Made by a program: the position numbers and the translations under genes. The notes under the pieces are model-generated. The model had not been told where the DNA came from, made no database searches, and saw nothing but the letters and a program-made list of their open reading frames with translations. 64,000 nt of DNA from Candidatus Omnitrophota bacterium (GTDB lineage: Bacteria > Omnitrophota > Gorgyraeia > Duberdicusellales > 4484-171): the NCBI GenBank assembly GCA_016935525.1, contig JAFGQU010000002.1, positions 34,560 to 98,559 on the forward strand. Reading direction: 5' to 3'. Below are positions 8,085 through 18,993 of the stretch, piece after piece (position 1 is the stretch's first letter; every line of letters begins with the position of its first letter).

Positions 8085-9326
8085 TTATTGTATTGCGGGA
8101 TGAAGGACCAAAAGCCCTTTTATGAGATCAACGGCACGGACAAGCTGGTAATCTTTTGTATAATCAAATTCTTTTTCTGTCGCTTTATCTTTGATCTTTG
8201 CAAATACATCTTCCTGCTCTTGGCCCGACGGTTCTACTATTTTACTTTCGACGATAATATCCGGTTCAACGCCTTTTTCATGGATACTTTCTCCCGAAGG
8301 AGTGTAATATTTCGCCGTCGTAAACCTTAACGCCGATCCATCGGAAAGAGGCACTACGCTTTGCACGGAAGCTTTTCCAAAACTCTTCTCCCCGACCAGG
8401 ACTGCCCGTTTATTATCTTTAAGGGCGGCAGCGACGATCTCGCTTCCCGATGCGCTCCCCTTATTGATCAACACTACCATCGGCACGTCCAGATATTTAC
8501 GGGCATAAGGGACCGATTTATATACTAATTCTTCTTCTTTACGCGATTTAGTAGAAACGATCACCTCACCGGTCCCCAGGAACCTACTGGCAACATCGAC
8601 TGCCGAAAGAAGTAATCCTCCGGGATTATTCCGTAAATCAAGGATTATCGCCTTCATCTTTTCATCGGCAAGGTTTTTAAGGGCGGTATCCAGGTCACGG
8701 GCAGTTTTTTCCCGAAATTCCGTCAATTTAATATACCCGATTCCTCCGGCGATGAGGACCGATTCCCGGATATCCTTGATTTTAATAATATCACGTACGA
8801 TCGTAATATTTTCAACCCGCCGGTCGGATTCGCGGAATACCGTTACCGTCACTTCTTCACCTGGCTCGCCACGCAATTTTTTCACCGCTTCGTTTAAGGT
8901 GATCCCTTTAGTCACCGCGCCGTCGATTTTAATAATGACATCCCCGGGTTTTAACCCGGCTTTCTCGGCCGGGGTCCCCTCAATGGGCGAAACAATGGTC
9001 AACAGGCCGTCGATCATGGTTATTTCTATGCCTAACCCTCCGAATTTACCTTCGGTTTCCACCAGAAGTTCACGGTAATCTTCCGGTTTTAAAAACTGGC
9101 TATATGAATCCAGAGAGCTTGCCATCCCCGAAAGAGCGCCATAGATCAGGTCTTTGAATTCTTTTTCTTCGACATATTTCTTCTGGATCATCGAAAGGGT
9201 CTCTCCAAAAAGATCAAGCTCCTCATAAGAGGAATCGTTATCGCTACGGTTGAGCGTAAACCCTACCAGGTATGAAGACCCGCAAAGTAAAACGATTAAT
9301 GCGACCAGAACCCATTTCTTTTTCAT
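8085..9326 (-). CDS. ctpA: S41 family C-terminal processing peptidase with PDZ domain
   Basis: Signal/TM N-terminus, PDZ block GLKPGDVIIKIDG, S41 core with SASGSEIVAAALKD. Start set to MKKKWVLV at 9326, 5 nt downstream of a perfect AAGGAGG. Confidence 0.8.
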   Translation of the reverse strand: MKKKWVLVALIVLLCGSSYLVGFTLNRSDNDSSYEELDLFGETLSMIQKKYVEEKEFKDLIYGALSGMASSLDSYSQFLKPEDYRELLVETEGKFGGLGIEITMIDGLLTIVSPIEGTPAEKAGLKPGDVIIKIDGAVTKGITLNEAVKKLRGEPGEEVTVTVFRESDRRVENITIVRDIIKIKDIRESVLIAGGIGYIKLTEFREKTARDLDTALKNLADEKMKAIILDLRNNPGGLLLSAVDVASRFLGTGEVIVSTKSRKEEELVYKSVPYARKYLDVPMVVLINKGSASGSEIVAAALKDNKRAVLVGEKSFGKASVQSVVPLSDGSALRFTTAKYYTPSGESIHEKGVEPDIIVESKIVEPSGQEQEDVFAKIKDKATEKEFDYTKDYQLVRAVDLIKGLLVLHPAIQ

Positions 9327-9341
9327 GAGATCCTCCTTCAT

Positions 9342-10763
9342 TTATTGCTGAATTTTTTTCTCGATCATTTCCCGCACTATCTTAGGATTCGCTTTCCCTT
9401 TTGTTTTTTTCATAACCGATCCGACAAGAAACATGAGCGCTTGAGACTTCCCTTTACGATAATCTTCAACGCTCTTAGGATGTTCCGCGACCGCATCGCT
9501 CACATATCCGTCGAGTTCCGATTCATCGGAAACCTGAATAAGACTTTTCTCTTGTATTATCTTATCGATATCTACGCCTGTGGTCAATGCTTCCGTTAAG
9601 ACTTTCTTTGCGGTAATATTATTTAATGTACCTTCGGAAAAATACCTCACTAATTTCGCAAATTCCCCCGGGCTCATCTTGATCTTGCTGAAACCCTCCG
9701 GAAAAGCATTGGTTATTTCAAGTAAAGGGCCGATGATCCAATTCGCTATCTGTTTAAAATGAGGAAAATGCACACTACTCTGTTCGAAAAAGTCGGCTGA
9801 CCACCTGTGGGAAATAAGCACTTCTACGTCTTTTTCCGATAAACCATATTCATCGATAAATCGTTTCGTCCGCGCCAGCGGTAATTCGGGGACGTATTGT
9901 CTTTGTTCCGTGATCATCGATGCGGTCACGCTGAAACTCACCAAATCCGGCTCGGGAAAATAGCGATAATCGTGCGCCTCTTCTTTCGTGCGCATCGTCA
10001 CGGTTTTGCCTTTGACCTCGTCCCAAAGCCGGGTCTCCTGGCTCAAGGTTTTCCCATCAAGAAGAAGATTACGCTGCCTTTTTTCTTCAAAGACGAGGGC
10101 GTCCTTGACGCCTTTAAAACTATTCATATTTTTAAGTTCGATCTTTGTCCCTAATTGCGTAGCCCCTTCTTCCCGTAAAGAAATATTGGCATCACAACGC
10201 AGGTACCCTTTTTCCATATCGCAACTCGATACTTCTATATATTGAATGATCAGTTTAAGCATCTGGAGATATTCCCAGGCTTCCTGAGGGCTGTTCATAT
10301 CCGGGTAAGAAACGATTTCAAGCAACGGAGTACCGGTCCGATTAAAATCGACCAGGGAACAATCCTCACGATGGATAAGTTTACCGGCGTCTTCTTCAAG
10401 ATGCACCCGGGTAATCCCGATCTTTTTACCGCCGGAAAGTTCGAGGTGCCCGTTTTCCCCAAGCGGCAAGGCATACTGGGAGATCTGATAGTTTTTCGGA
10501 AGATCGGGATAAAAGTAGTTTTTTCGTTCAAAATATATTTTCTCGTTTATCGTACAATGTAATGCCAGGCTTGTCCGTACTGCCAATTCTAACGCTCGCT
10601 TATTAAATACCGGTAATACCCCGGGATACCCGCAACAGACCGGGCAGATGTGAGTGTTCGCCGGAGCATTGAATTCGGTAGGACAAGGGCAAAAAATCTT
10701 CGAATTCGTGTTCGGCTGAACGTGGACTTCAAGACCAATGACAGTTTCGAATGATTTAGCCAT
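9342..10763 (-). CDS. gatB: Asp-tRNA(Asn)/Glu-tRNA(Gln) amidotransferase subunit B
   Basis: [16 protein letters not shown]...NTHICPVCCGYPGVLP is GatB N-terminus. Start moved to 10763, 4 nt after the gatA stop. Confidence 0.9.
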   Translation of the reverse strand: MAKSFETVIGLEVHVQPNTNSKIFCPCPTEFNAPANTHICPVCCGYPGVLPVFNKRALELAVRTSLALHCTINEKIYFERKNYFYPDLPKNYQISQYALPLGENGHLELSGGKKIGITRVHLEEDAGKLIHREDCSLVDFNRTGTPLLEIVSYPDMNSPQEAWEYLQMLKLIIQYIEVSSCDMEKGYLRCDANISLREEGATQLGTKIELKNMNSFKGVKDALVFEEKRQRNLLLDGKTLSQETRLWDEVKGKTVTMRTKEEAHDYRYFPEPDLVSFSVTASMITEQRQYVPELPLARTKRFIDEYGLSEKDVEVLISHRWSADFFEQSSVHFPHFKQIANWIIGPLLEITNAFPEGFSKIKMSPGEFAKLVRYFSEGTLNNITAKKVLTEALTTGVDIDKIIQEKSLIQVSDESELDGYVSDAVAEHPKSVEDYRKGKSQALMFLVGSVMKKTKGKANPKIVREMIEKKIQQ

Positions 10764-12180
10764 GGGTGACCAAAGGGATCCGGGCATGAAAATCAGTAAC
10801 GGTCTGATACGTATACCCCATCCGTATCAAAATCTCTTCATCAAAAGGTCTACCGATAAACTGAGCCCCTATCGGCAGACTGCCTTTAGAAAAACCGCAG
10901 GGGAACGATACCGCCGGAAGCCCCGCAAGATTAGCGGAAATCGTATAAATATCGGAAAGATACATACTGAGCGGGTCTTCGGCCTTCTCGCCTATCTTAA
11001 AGGCGCAGGTAGGAGCAGTAGGAGTCAAAATGACATCCACCTGTTTAAATGCCTCTTCAAAATCACGTTTAATAAGCGTCCTCACTTTTAACGCCCGTAC
11101 ATAATACGCGTCATAATATCCGCTTGACAGGCTATATGTTCCTAGAAAAATACGGCGTTTTGATTCGGGGCCGAACCCTTCCCCGCGGGTTTTTTTATAC
11201 ATATCGAGTAGCTCGGAAGATTTTACCCGCAGGCCGTATTTTACCCCGTCGAATCTCTGAAGATTTGAGCTTGCTTCCGAACATCCTACGATATAATAGG
11301 TAGCAACGGCATATTCGGTATGCGGCAGTGATATATTCGTTATCTGCGCCCCTCTTCCTTTTAATACCGCGGCGACCTCACCGATCGCTTTGGCAATATC
11401 GCTGTTAAGCCCTTGACGAAAATACTCCTGAGGTAATCCGACCTTTAATCCTTCTACATTATCGATCAGACTCTTCGAGAAATCGGCCACGTCTACCTGG
11501 GCGCTCGTAGAATCATACGGATCATGTCCGCAGATAACATTGAGTAGATACGCACAATCGACAAAATTCGTGGTAAGCGGGCCGATCTGATCGAGACTCG
11601 ACCCGAACGCGATCAAGCCATAACGGGAAACCCGGCCGTACGTCGGTTTAAACCCGACCACACCGCAGAACGATGCCGGCTGGCGGATCGATCCCCCGGT
11701 ATCCGAACCTAATGCCCAGGGAATAAGCCGGGCAGCGACTGCCGCCGCCGAGCCTCCGCTGGAACCTCCGGGAACACGGGTGATGTCCCAGGGATTACGG
11801 GTCGGACCATAACAGGAATTCTCGGTCGATGAACCAAACGCAAATTCATCCATATTCATCGTCCCCATGATCAAAAACCCGGCCTGTTTAAGCTTACCGA
11901 TGACGGTGGCGTCATACACCGCCCTGTGCCCGTTCAAAATCCGGGAAGCACAGGTGATCTCTTCATCTTTAATACAAATATTATCTTTTATTCCGATAGG
12001 GATACCCAGGCCGGTATCGGCCGGGGAAAGGTGAGTAAACACTTTTACAAAACTATGGATGTACGGATCAAGATCAGTTATCCGTTTATTGAAAAACCCG
12101 CGGACGTCTTCCTTGGTTATTTGATTCTGGGAAAGTTTTTGGACAATATCAACGGCTTTAAGAGAGGAAAGATCGTTCAT
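10756..12180 (-). CDS. gatA: Glu-tRNA(Gln) amidotransferase subunit A (amidase signature enzyme)
   Basis: Amidase signature [13 protein letters not shown] and [25 protein letters not shown]. Confidence 0.9.
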   Translation of the reverse strand: MNDLSSLKAVDIVQKLSQNQITKEDVRGFFNKRITDLDPYIHSFVKVFTHLSPADTGLGIPIGIKDNICIKDEEITCASRILNGHRAVYDATVIGKLKQAGFLIMGTMNMDEFAFGSSTENSCYGPTRNPWDITRVPGGSSGGSAAAVAARLIPWALGSDTGGSIRQPASFCGVVGFKPTYGRVSRYGLIAFGSSLDQIGPLTTNFVDCAYLLNVICGHDPYDSTSAQVDVADFSKSLIDNVEGLKVGLPQEYFRQGLNSDIAKAIGEVAAVLKGRGAQITNISLPHTEYAVATYYIVGCSEASSNLQRFDGVKYGLRVKSSELLDMYKKTRGEGFGPESKRRIFLGTYSLSSGYYDAYYVRALKVRTLIKRDFEEAFKQVDVILTPTAPTCAFKIGEKAEDPLSMYLSDIYTISANLAGLPAVSFPCGFSKGSLPIGAQFIGRPFDEEILIRMGYTYQTVTDFHARIPLVTHG

Positions 12181-12461
12181 CCGATTACCTTAGGGATTCT
12201 AAAATGGTTGTCGGTGACGGCCGGCGCATTTTTCAGGATATCTTCGGCTCTTTCCGAGTTTTTTGCGATATCTTCCCGGAACACATTTTCGCGCAAAAAC
12301 GGCTCTTTTGTAGGTTCGATCCCTTCGACCGACAGGACGTTTAGTTGATCGATATATTCTAAAATACGAGAAAGTTGAGGCCGCAGGGCTTCTTTTTCCG
12401 GCTCAGTCACCTCAATACGGGCTAGACGAGCGATATATTCGACTATGTGAAGATCGATCAT
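12177..12461 (-). CDS. gatC: Glu-tRNA(Gln) amidotransferase subunit C
   Basis: 94 aa; IEYIARLARIEVTEPE GatC-like start; sits upstream of gatA in a gatCAB operon. Confidence 0.75.
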   Translation of the reverse strand: MIDLHIVEYIARLARIEVTEPEKEALRPQLSRILEYIDQLNVLSVEGIEPTKEPFLRENVFREDIAKNSERAEDILKNAPAVTDNHFRIPKVIG

Positions 12462-12540
12462 AAGAAACTCCTCTTAGACCAGGTATAATTGATCAAGAAC
12501 ACCTATTATAATTCAATAAAAGGCATTTTCAAAGGTAATA

Positions 12541-14073
12541 TTACGAGTGCCGATATTTCCCTTTAAAAAGCGTAAGTTCCAAAAATGCCTGGAGGCGGCG
12601 GGACCGGCTGGGATGTCGTAATTTTTTAAGGGCTTTAGCCTCGATCTGGCGAATACGTTCACGGGTCACTTTAAAAATATTACCCACTTCTTCTAACGTC
12701 TTGGGAGTCCCGTCTTCGAGGCCGAACCGCAGGCTGAGGATCTTTTTTTCGCGATCGGTAAGGCTTTCCATTGCCTGATCAAGCTCTTCGCGTAACATCG
12801 AATAGACCGTGGCGTTTGCCGGTGAAATCGCTTTTTTATCTTCGATAAAATCACCAAAATAGGTATCTCCGTCATCGCCGATAGGAGTATGGATAGAGAT
12901 CGGCTGTTGTGATACCTTGAGAATATCTTTCACTTTGACAATAGGCATCTTTAATTCTTTGGCCAGCTCTTCCGGGGTAGGTTCCCGCCCTTTCTCCTGA
13001 ATAAACAAACGGGAAATACGGATGATCTTATTGATCGTCTCGGTCATATGTACCGGGATACGAATAGTCCGGGCCTGATCGGCGATGGCCCGGGTAATCG
13101 CCTGACGGATCCACCAGGTCGCATAGGTAGAAAATTTATATCCCCGTTTATATTCGAATTTTTCAACGGCCTTGATCAACCCGATATTCCCTTCCTGAAT
13201 AAGGTCAAGAAACGAAAGGCCGCGATTTACATATTTTTTCGCAATACTTACCACCAGACGCAAGTTCGCCTCCACCAGAGACTTTTTTGCCTGATTATAA
13301 TGGGTCTGTTTTTCCAGGATACCTCTCATCCGCTTTTTGGATTCTTCGACATTTGCCGCGATCTTTTTGATCAATTTACCCTGGCTGCGTTTTAATTCCC
13401 GGCGTTTTTTAGGCGACCGGGTCTTTTTGATATGCCGTTCAGCCCGGTCGATTTCCCGGACCATCTGCCGCATCCGGCTGACAATCACTTCGATAAGGCC
13501 TATGGTAAAATTAAATTTCTTCAAAACTGCTTTCTGAGAATCGACACGTTTTATCCGGGAAAGTTTATTGTAAAGACCACGGATCCTTTTTATCTCCCGG
13601 TCCTTATTCTTGATCTCACCCTTTACGAAATCATCCGGATTAAGTTCACCGTCGATCAATTTACGGCTGATATCGATATAGGCCTCTTTCGCGACAAAAG
13701 TGGCATAGATCATCTCCCGTAACGCGTCTTCCCGTTCTTCTATCGCCCGGGCCAGATTGATCTCTTCTTCACGGGAAAGCAAAGGGATCTGTCCCATCTG
13801 TTTTAAATACATCTTCACCGGATCGTCGATCGGCATGCTCTCCTGAGTAACCACGCGTTTTTCTTTCTCTTTTTCCCACTCTTCGACCTCTTTAGTCTCC
13901 AAGATACTTATCTTTTCCTTGTCTAACCGGTCGAAAATAGCGTCCAGTTCTTCGGCATTGATAATATCTTCGGCAAGAAAATGATTGATCTCGTCATACG
14001 TCAGATACCCTTTTTTCTTCCCTAAGTCGATAAGCTGTCCGACGTTACGATTCAATAGTTTTTGTTTCACCAT
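12541..14073 (-). CDS. rpoD: RNA polymerase primary sigma factor (sigma-70)
   Basis: Regions 2-4 recognisable: [54 protein letters not shown]; C-terminal [30 protein letters not shown]. Confidence 0.9.
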   Translation of the reverse strand: MVKQKLLNRNVGQLIDLGKKKGYLTYDEINHFLAEDIINAEELDAIFDRLDKEKISILETKEVEEWEKEKEKRVVTQESMPIDDPVKMYLKQMGQIPLLSREEEINLARAIEEREDALREMIYATFVAKEAYIDISRKLIDGELNPDDFVKGEIKNKDREIKRIRGLYNKLSRIKRVDSQKAVLKKFNFTIGLIEVIVSRMRQMVREIDRAERHIKKTRSPKKRRELKRSQGKLIKKIAANVEESKKRMRGILEKQTHYNQAKKSLVEANLRLVVSIAKKYVNRGLSFLDLIQEGNIGLIKAVEKFEYKRGYKFSTYATWWIRQAITRAIADQARTIRIPVHMTETINKIIRISRLFIQEKGREPTPEELAKELKMPIVKVKDILKVSQQPISIHTPIGDDGDTYFGDFIEDKKAISPANATVYSMLREELDQAMESLTDREKKILSLRFGLEDGTPKTLEEVGNIFKVTRERIRQIEAKALKKLRHPSRSRRLQAFLELTLFKGKYRHS

Positions 14074-15814
14074 AATGTTCTACCTCTCCATGCATCTTCT
14101 TTTTCATTAATTCCCTTAGAATTTCTTCGTCCCTTTTTAGTTCGGCTTCGCTGATCTTTTGCGTGAGAAACGCATTGAGCATCTTATGTCTTTTGCCCTT
14201 CAATTTCTCGACACAACTATTCAAAAGTTCCTCGGTAAGCGGCGGGCCTTCTTCAAGAAGAAGCCCCGAGAGGAACCGAGCGATCTCATGGTCATGGATC
14301 GTCCCGGAAATCTGAGCGCTCACGGGAAGATCATTTTTTAAAATATCGGAAAAAATACAGCCGACAGCTTTTTTCGTCAAAGGGTGCGTAAAGTATTCTT
14401 CGTTCAAACTGTCCCGGATAGCGAACGCGGCATCTTTATCGTTCAGCATGAATTTGATTATCATCTTTTCCGTCAAAGGGATCGGGCTTGTGAGCATGCT
14501 TTTTGCGATCTGTTTTTTTCCCCAGGCCGGTTTATGCATCTTACCGAGTTCAAGCAGCAATACTTCTTCTTTAGTCTTAAGTAAAGAAGCTAACCGCTTG
14601 ATATATTCGGACCGCTCGACCTGGCCGGAGATCTTATCTATGGTAAGCAACATCTTTACGGCAAATTCGCTCTTGCCGTTTATAGTCTTAAGGTCATGAG
14701 TCCTCATAAGCGCTTTACTTTTATAATCAAAAAAATCCGTTTTTTGAGAAAGTATTTTCTGAAAACCGTCGGCCCCTTGAGCCCGGACCAGAGAATCCGG
14801 GTCGAACCCTTTAGGCAATTCGACAATTTTTACATTCACGCCATTCTCTAAAAATATATCGAGCGCGCGTAACGCCGCCATCTGCCCGGCATTATCCGAA
14901 TCAAAAACCAACGTGATACTTTGAGTATAGCGCTTGAGAAGACGGATCTGTTCTTCAGTCAACGCCGTACCGAGAGAAGCCACCACGTTTTCTATCCCGG
15001 CCGCATAAGGAGTGATCATATCGAGATACCCTTCGACCACGATCACCTCATCCGCCCGCGTAATCGCTTCCTTGGCATAGGTCAGACCATAGAGATGCTC
15101 GCGTTTACGATAAAGGATATTTTCCAAAGAATTTATATATTTAGGAGCGTGTTCTGTCTCTTTAAGTATTCTCCCTCCGAAGGCGACGATCCTCCCCCGG
15201 GAATCCGCGATCGGAAACATGATCCGGCCACGAAACATATCACTATATCCCTGGTCTCGGCGCGGAGTGATCAAAGACGCTTTCTCAAGCAGCTCCAGAC
15301 TATATCCTTTGTAGCGCATATGCCCGATAAGGGCATCCCCGCCAAAAGGCGCATAGCCTATTTTGAACTTTTTCACTATCTCGGCGTTCAGCCCCCGGCC
15401 GGATAAGTATTTCTGGATATGGGCAGCCTCATTGGCCGAATACAGCATTGAGCAAAAGAATTCGGCCGCTACATCTACTACTTCATAGAGAGAAGTCTTT
15501 ATGTGTTCCTGAGGCGTTTTTTTCTGATAAGGAATATCTATACCCAGACGTTTCGCCAGGATCTCTACGGCTTCGACAAAAGGGACTTTTTCATAGAGCA
15601 TGACAAACTGGATTGCTCCCCCGCCTTCACCGCACCCAAAACAATGAAATATCTGTTTCTGAGCGCTTACGATAAACGAAGGAGTCTTCTCGCCATGGAA
15701 CGGACAGAGAGCTTTGAAATTCCTTCCGGTCTTTTTAAGCGGGATATAATTACCGATAAGTTCGGCAATATCTGTCCGGGACTGTATTTCTTCAATAAAT
15801 CGCTGGGGGATCAT
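14045..15814 (-). CDS. dnaG: DNA primase
   Basis: Zinc-ribbon [13 protein letters not shown]...[10 protein letters not shown] and [16 protein letters not shown]...FDSDNAGQ. Confidence 0.9.
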   Translation of the reverse strand: MIPQRFIEEIQSRTDIAELIGNYIPLKKTGRNFKALCPFHGEKTPSFIVSAQKQIFHCFGCGEGGGAIQFVMLYEKVPFVEAVEILAKRLGIDIPYQKKTPQEHIKTSLYEVVDVAAEFFCSMLYSANEAAHIQKYLSGRGLNAEIVKKFKIGYAPFGGDALIGHMRYKGYSLELLEKASLITPRRDQGYSDMFRGRIMFPIADSRGRIVAFGGRILKETEHAPKYINSLENILYRKREHLYGLTYAKEAITRADEVIVVEGYLDMITPYAAGIENVVASLGTALTEEQIRLLKRYTQSITLVFDSDNAGQMAALRALDIFLENGVNVKIVELPKGFDPDSLVRAQGADGFQKILSQKTDFFDYKSKALMRTHDLKTINGKSEFAVKMLLTIDKISGQVERSEYIKRLASLLKTKEEVLLLELGKMHKPAWGKKQIAKSMLTSPIPLTEKMIIKFMLNDKDAAFAIRDSLNEEYFTHPLTKKAVGCIFSDILKNDLPVSAQISGTIHDHEIARFLSGLLLEEGPPLTEELLNSCVEKLKGKRHKMLNAFLTQKISEAELKRDEEILRELMKKKMHGEVEHYGETKTIES

Positions 15815-16770
15815 CGTTTCCTTGCAACCCTTGTAAATCCGGAGAACTCATGGATAGTAACCTTATCTTTGCGCAGGAGATGGTCAAGCATCAGATTCAC
15901 TCCGACATTATCGGAAGCGATGTGGGATGCGACCACGACATTTATATTCGCTTTTTTACATCTCTGGTAATGGTCTTCAGATTGATGCATCGCGACGATC
16001 GTATCGACTCCTTGCGCGGAAAGTTTATCATAAATATCCTGAGGCCCTTCGGTTCCTCCGGTAAACTCAAAATGGATCTTAGCCACCCGGGAATTCCTGC
16101 TCCCGATAAAGATCTTAGGAGGATTATTGATCTTAGCTGCATACTGATATTCGGGTATATCGAAAAGGATAGCCAGGACATCGGCGATCGTCTTGGGCTT
16201 TTTCTGTTTCATCGTCGTATTCATGTATTGATACGCAAGGTTATCACATACGGTGTGCATACAGAGAAAATTAATATCCAACAGGCGGGCGATATCTATC
16301 GTACGCTGATGATTTGCCGCCGAGACCCTTCGTTCGACCTGACTACGACGTTCGGCGAGAAGATTTTGGGCTGCCGCGAGGTTCATTCCGGTCTGGGCAA
16401 ACACGTCGATCTGTACGTCCATCGTTTCGTAAAAATTCGCAAACGCGTGCCCCTCGGGATGATGAGCCAGAGCCAGGTCGATCTTAGTCCCGCTTTTTCT
16501 TAAAGAATCTATCAATAACAACTCCGGCCCTTCGATGTCGATCCCTACTATCGCAGATTTGATTTCGGCATTCTGGTCTCCCCAGAGGATCCGGGTATCA
16601 CTATAGGGATTAGTCAGGCTCTCAACATCAAAGAATCTCTTTTCTTTAGGATCCAGCTTATTGAACGCGGCTTTCCTTTCTTTTAAGATATAGTCTATCT
16701 CTTTAAGAGAACGGGGGTCGTTTTCTTTGCCCTTTTTAACCGCTTCGTCATATATTTTTCTTAACTTCAT
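15811..16770 (-). CDS. Nif3-family dinuclear-metal-centre protein (YqfO-like), tentative
   Basis: AIVGIDIEGPELLLIDSLRKSGTKIDLALAHHPEG resembles the Nif3 N-terminal His pair. It sits in the sigA-dnaG neighbourhood as yqfO does in Firmicutes. The C-terminal metal site matches less clearly. Confidence 0.45.
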   Translation of the reverse strand: MKLRKIYDEAVKKGKENDPRSLKEIDYILKERKAAFNKLDPKEKRFFDVESLTNPYSDTRILWGDQNAEIKSAIVGIDIEGPELLLIDSLRKSGTKIDLALAHHPEGHAFANFYETMDVQIDVFAQTGMNLAAAQNLLAERRSQVERRVSAANHQRTIDIARLLDINFLCMHTVCDNLAYQYMNTTMKQKKPKTIADVLAILFDIPEYQYAAKINNPPKIFIGSRNSRVAKIHFEFTGGTEGPQDIYDKLSAQGVDTIVAMHQSEDHYQRCKKANINVVVASHIASDNVGVNLMLDHLLRKDKVTIHEFSGFTRVARKR

Positions 16771-17314
16771 AATATTCTCCTACCTCCTTGTTTATTCTCA
16801 TTTTAGGCATCCGGGCCTGTAGCGCCCTGACAGTACCCAGATATAATTGAGGAGTGATCCTCCCTATATTTTGAACGACGATACTTCCTTTACAAGCACC
16901 GTTATCGCAAAACGCGCCTAACGAAACTAAAAAGCCGATTAAGCTTACCACTATTATTCCCCGCGCAACCGCTACGGGGATACTCAGCCATCGTTCAGCT
17001 TGAGAGACTTCTTCTTTTTTTATAAGCATATGGATAATACGCCGGATGAAATAAAAAAGCACATATGCGAAAAAGAAGATCCCTAAGAAAGAAATCACAT
17101 CGGCACACTCTTTTTTAATCCGGAAGAAATCGATCTGTACATTCCTAAGCAACATCGGATAAAAATGGAATGCAAAAAAAGATGCGACACCTACCGCGAT
17201 TACTTTAAGGATTTCGCACAAAAAACCGTTTTTAACCGCGATGTACAGTATGCGTAAAAGGATAAAAAGAGAGAGAAACTCTAACCACGTGAGATTTTTT
17301 GTGATATTCATCAA
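16748..17314 (-). CDS. CvpA family membrane protein (colicin V production protein-like)
   Basis: Four TM helices; the N-terminal WLEFLSLFILLRILYIAVKNGFLCEILKVIAVGVASFFA aligns in pattern with E. coli CvpA. Confidence 0.5.
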   Translation of the reverse strand: MMNITKNLTWLEFLSLFILLRILYIAVKNGFLCEILKVIAVGVASFFAFHFYPMLLRNVQIDFFRIKKECADVISFLGIFFFAYVLFYFIRRIIHMLIKKEEVSQAERWLSIPVAVARGIIVVSLIGFLVSLGAFCDNGACKGSIVVQNIGRITPQLYLGTVRALQARMPKMRINKEVGEYYEVKKNI

Positions 17315-17625
17315 TGGCGGCCTATTATAAAATTACTTAGTATATAACATATATAACCCTAAATGTCAAGAAAGCGCTTACAGTTTTTCAGCTTGATTTT
17401 TCAAGCGATTTTTGCGGGAAAGTCCATTGAAAAAACAATACCTCGCAATGCCGGCTGTTGTTTGCGACCGGTGCCACGTTCGCGTCACGCCCTTAAAGAT
17501 TATAGGTTACCGTTATCAAAAGGACAAGGCTTTAAAAATCAGCCATTACCTCACACGGAGGCGGCTCCATTATTTTTTTAATACGCGCCGGCGGCGGCCG
17601 GAGTGAGGCTCTCCTTCATAAATAA

Positions 17626-17654
17626 TTGACTTTTCTTAAGATATATGTTAATAC
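17626..17654 (+). promoter_or_regulatory. possible sigma70-like promoter for the GGDEF gene
   Basis: TTGACT (17626-17631), 17-nt spacer, TAATAC (17649-17654). If real, the GGDEF CDS would start at the second ATG (17669, MENQ) rather than at 17645. Confidence 0.25.
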
Positions 17655-18832
17655 AAGTGGTATATCTTATGGAGAACCAGGATAATATCCACAAGCTGGA
17701 ACATGAGCTGGAGAAAGCCAGGTCTCAATTCTACATATTTTATGAGCTTACTCAAGCCATGCGGACGACGTTACGTCTGGAAGAAATTGCCTATATCATC
17801 CTCACCGGTCTTACGGCCCATCACGGATTAGGATTCAACCGGGCGGTCCTCTTTCTGGTTGATGAACGAAAAGAGAATATCAACGGGTTCATGGGAATCG
17901 GCCCCATGGATACTTCCGAAGCAAATCCGATCTGGAAAGCGATTGAAAAAAATAAAATGGACCTCTATTCGCTTATCCAAAACTATCATAGTATCAAAAA
18001 AGACCCGCAAAAGCCGAAATTCATCGAATTCGTCCAGACCTTACAGTTTCCGCTGACGGCCGAATCGGGGATCATGTATGAGACCATTCATGAAGTGGCC
18101 CCTTTACATATCGATATTACGTCTGAAGCCGGCAAGAAATACGCATACGACCCGATAGTGACTAAATTATCCCTTAAAGAATTCGTGATCGCTCCGCTCT
18201 GGTCCAGCGGGAATCCTCTGGGAATAATCCTTGTCGATAATTGTGTCACCCAGAAAAGCATTACCGAAGAAAACCGGAAAATATTAGCGATGTTCATCAA
18301 CCAAGCCGCCGGCGCGATCGAAAACTCAAAGATATTCGAGAACACATTATTTAAGGCTCACACCGATTCACTCACTAATCTCTGGAATTACGGTTATTTT
18401 CAATATAAACTCGATGAAGAACTGATGCGGGCAAAAAATAATGGAGCTAAGATCTCGGTCGTCATGGTCGATATTGACGACTTTAAAAAGTTCAATGATG
18501 CCTACGGCCATCAAAACGGCGATGATGCGTTAAAGTTGTTGGCAAAATTACTTAAAGAAAATGCCCGTAAAATCGATGTGATCGCCCGTTACGGCGGAGA
18601 GGAATTCACTCTCATCCTTCCTCATACCAATAGAGAAGAAGCAGTGATCATTGCCGAACGGATCCGTCAGGCGGTAGAATCCAGCGAGATCTGCAACAGC
18701 CGCCTTACCGTGAGCATCGGGATCGCTTCGTTCGATGAAGACGCCAAAGATAAAGAAGAGCTTATCCGTAAAGCCGATATTGCCCTCTATCGCGCCAAAC
18801 GCGAAGGAAAAAATCGGATAATCCTCGCCTAA
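17645..18832 (+). CDS. GAF-domain diguanylate cyclase (GGDEF)
   Basis: C-terminal GGDEF domain with RYGGEEFTLILP active-site motif and DDFKKFNDAYGHQNGD. N-terminal half is GAF-like. The alternative start is 17669. Confidence 0.8.
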   Translation: MLIQVVYLMENQDNIHKLEHELEKARSQFYIFYELTQAMRTTLRLEEIAYIILTGLTAHHGLGFNRAVLFLVDERKENINGFMGIGPMDTSEANPIWKAIEKNKMDLYSLIQNYHSIKKDPQKPKFIEFVQTLQFPLTAESGIMYETIHEVAPLHIDITSEAGKKYAYDPIVTKLSLKEFVIAPLWSSGNPLGIILVDNCVTQKSITEENRKILAMFINQAAGAIENSKIFENTLFKAHTDSLTNLWNYGYFQYKLDEELMRAKNNGAKISVVMVDIDDFKKFNDAYGHQNGDDALKLLAKLLKENARKIDVIARYGGEEFTLILPHTNREEAVIIAERIRQAVESSEICNSRLTVSIGIASFDEDAKDKEELIRKADIALYRAKREGKNRIILA

Positions 18833-18993
18833 TGCACGTAACGCGACACGCGTACTGCGCACACGAGAATTTAGAAAGAAAAATCCTTCCAATATCCATG
18901 GTTAAATTTGTATCTTGTAGTATTGAATTGAACGCGTTACTCATGACGCATGACGCGTTACGAATAATACCTTCATGTAGATTATGAGGGTAA

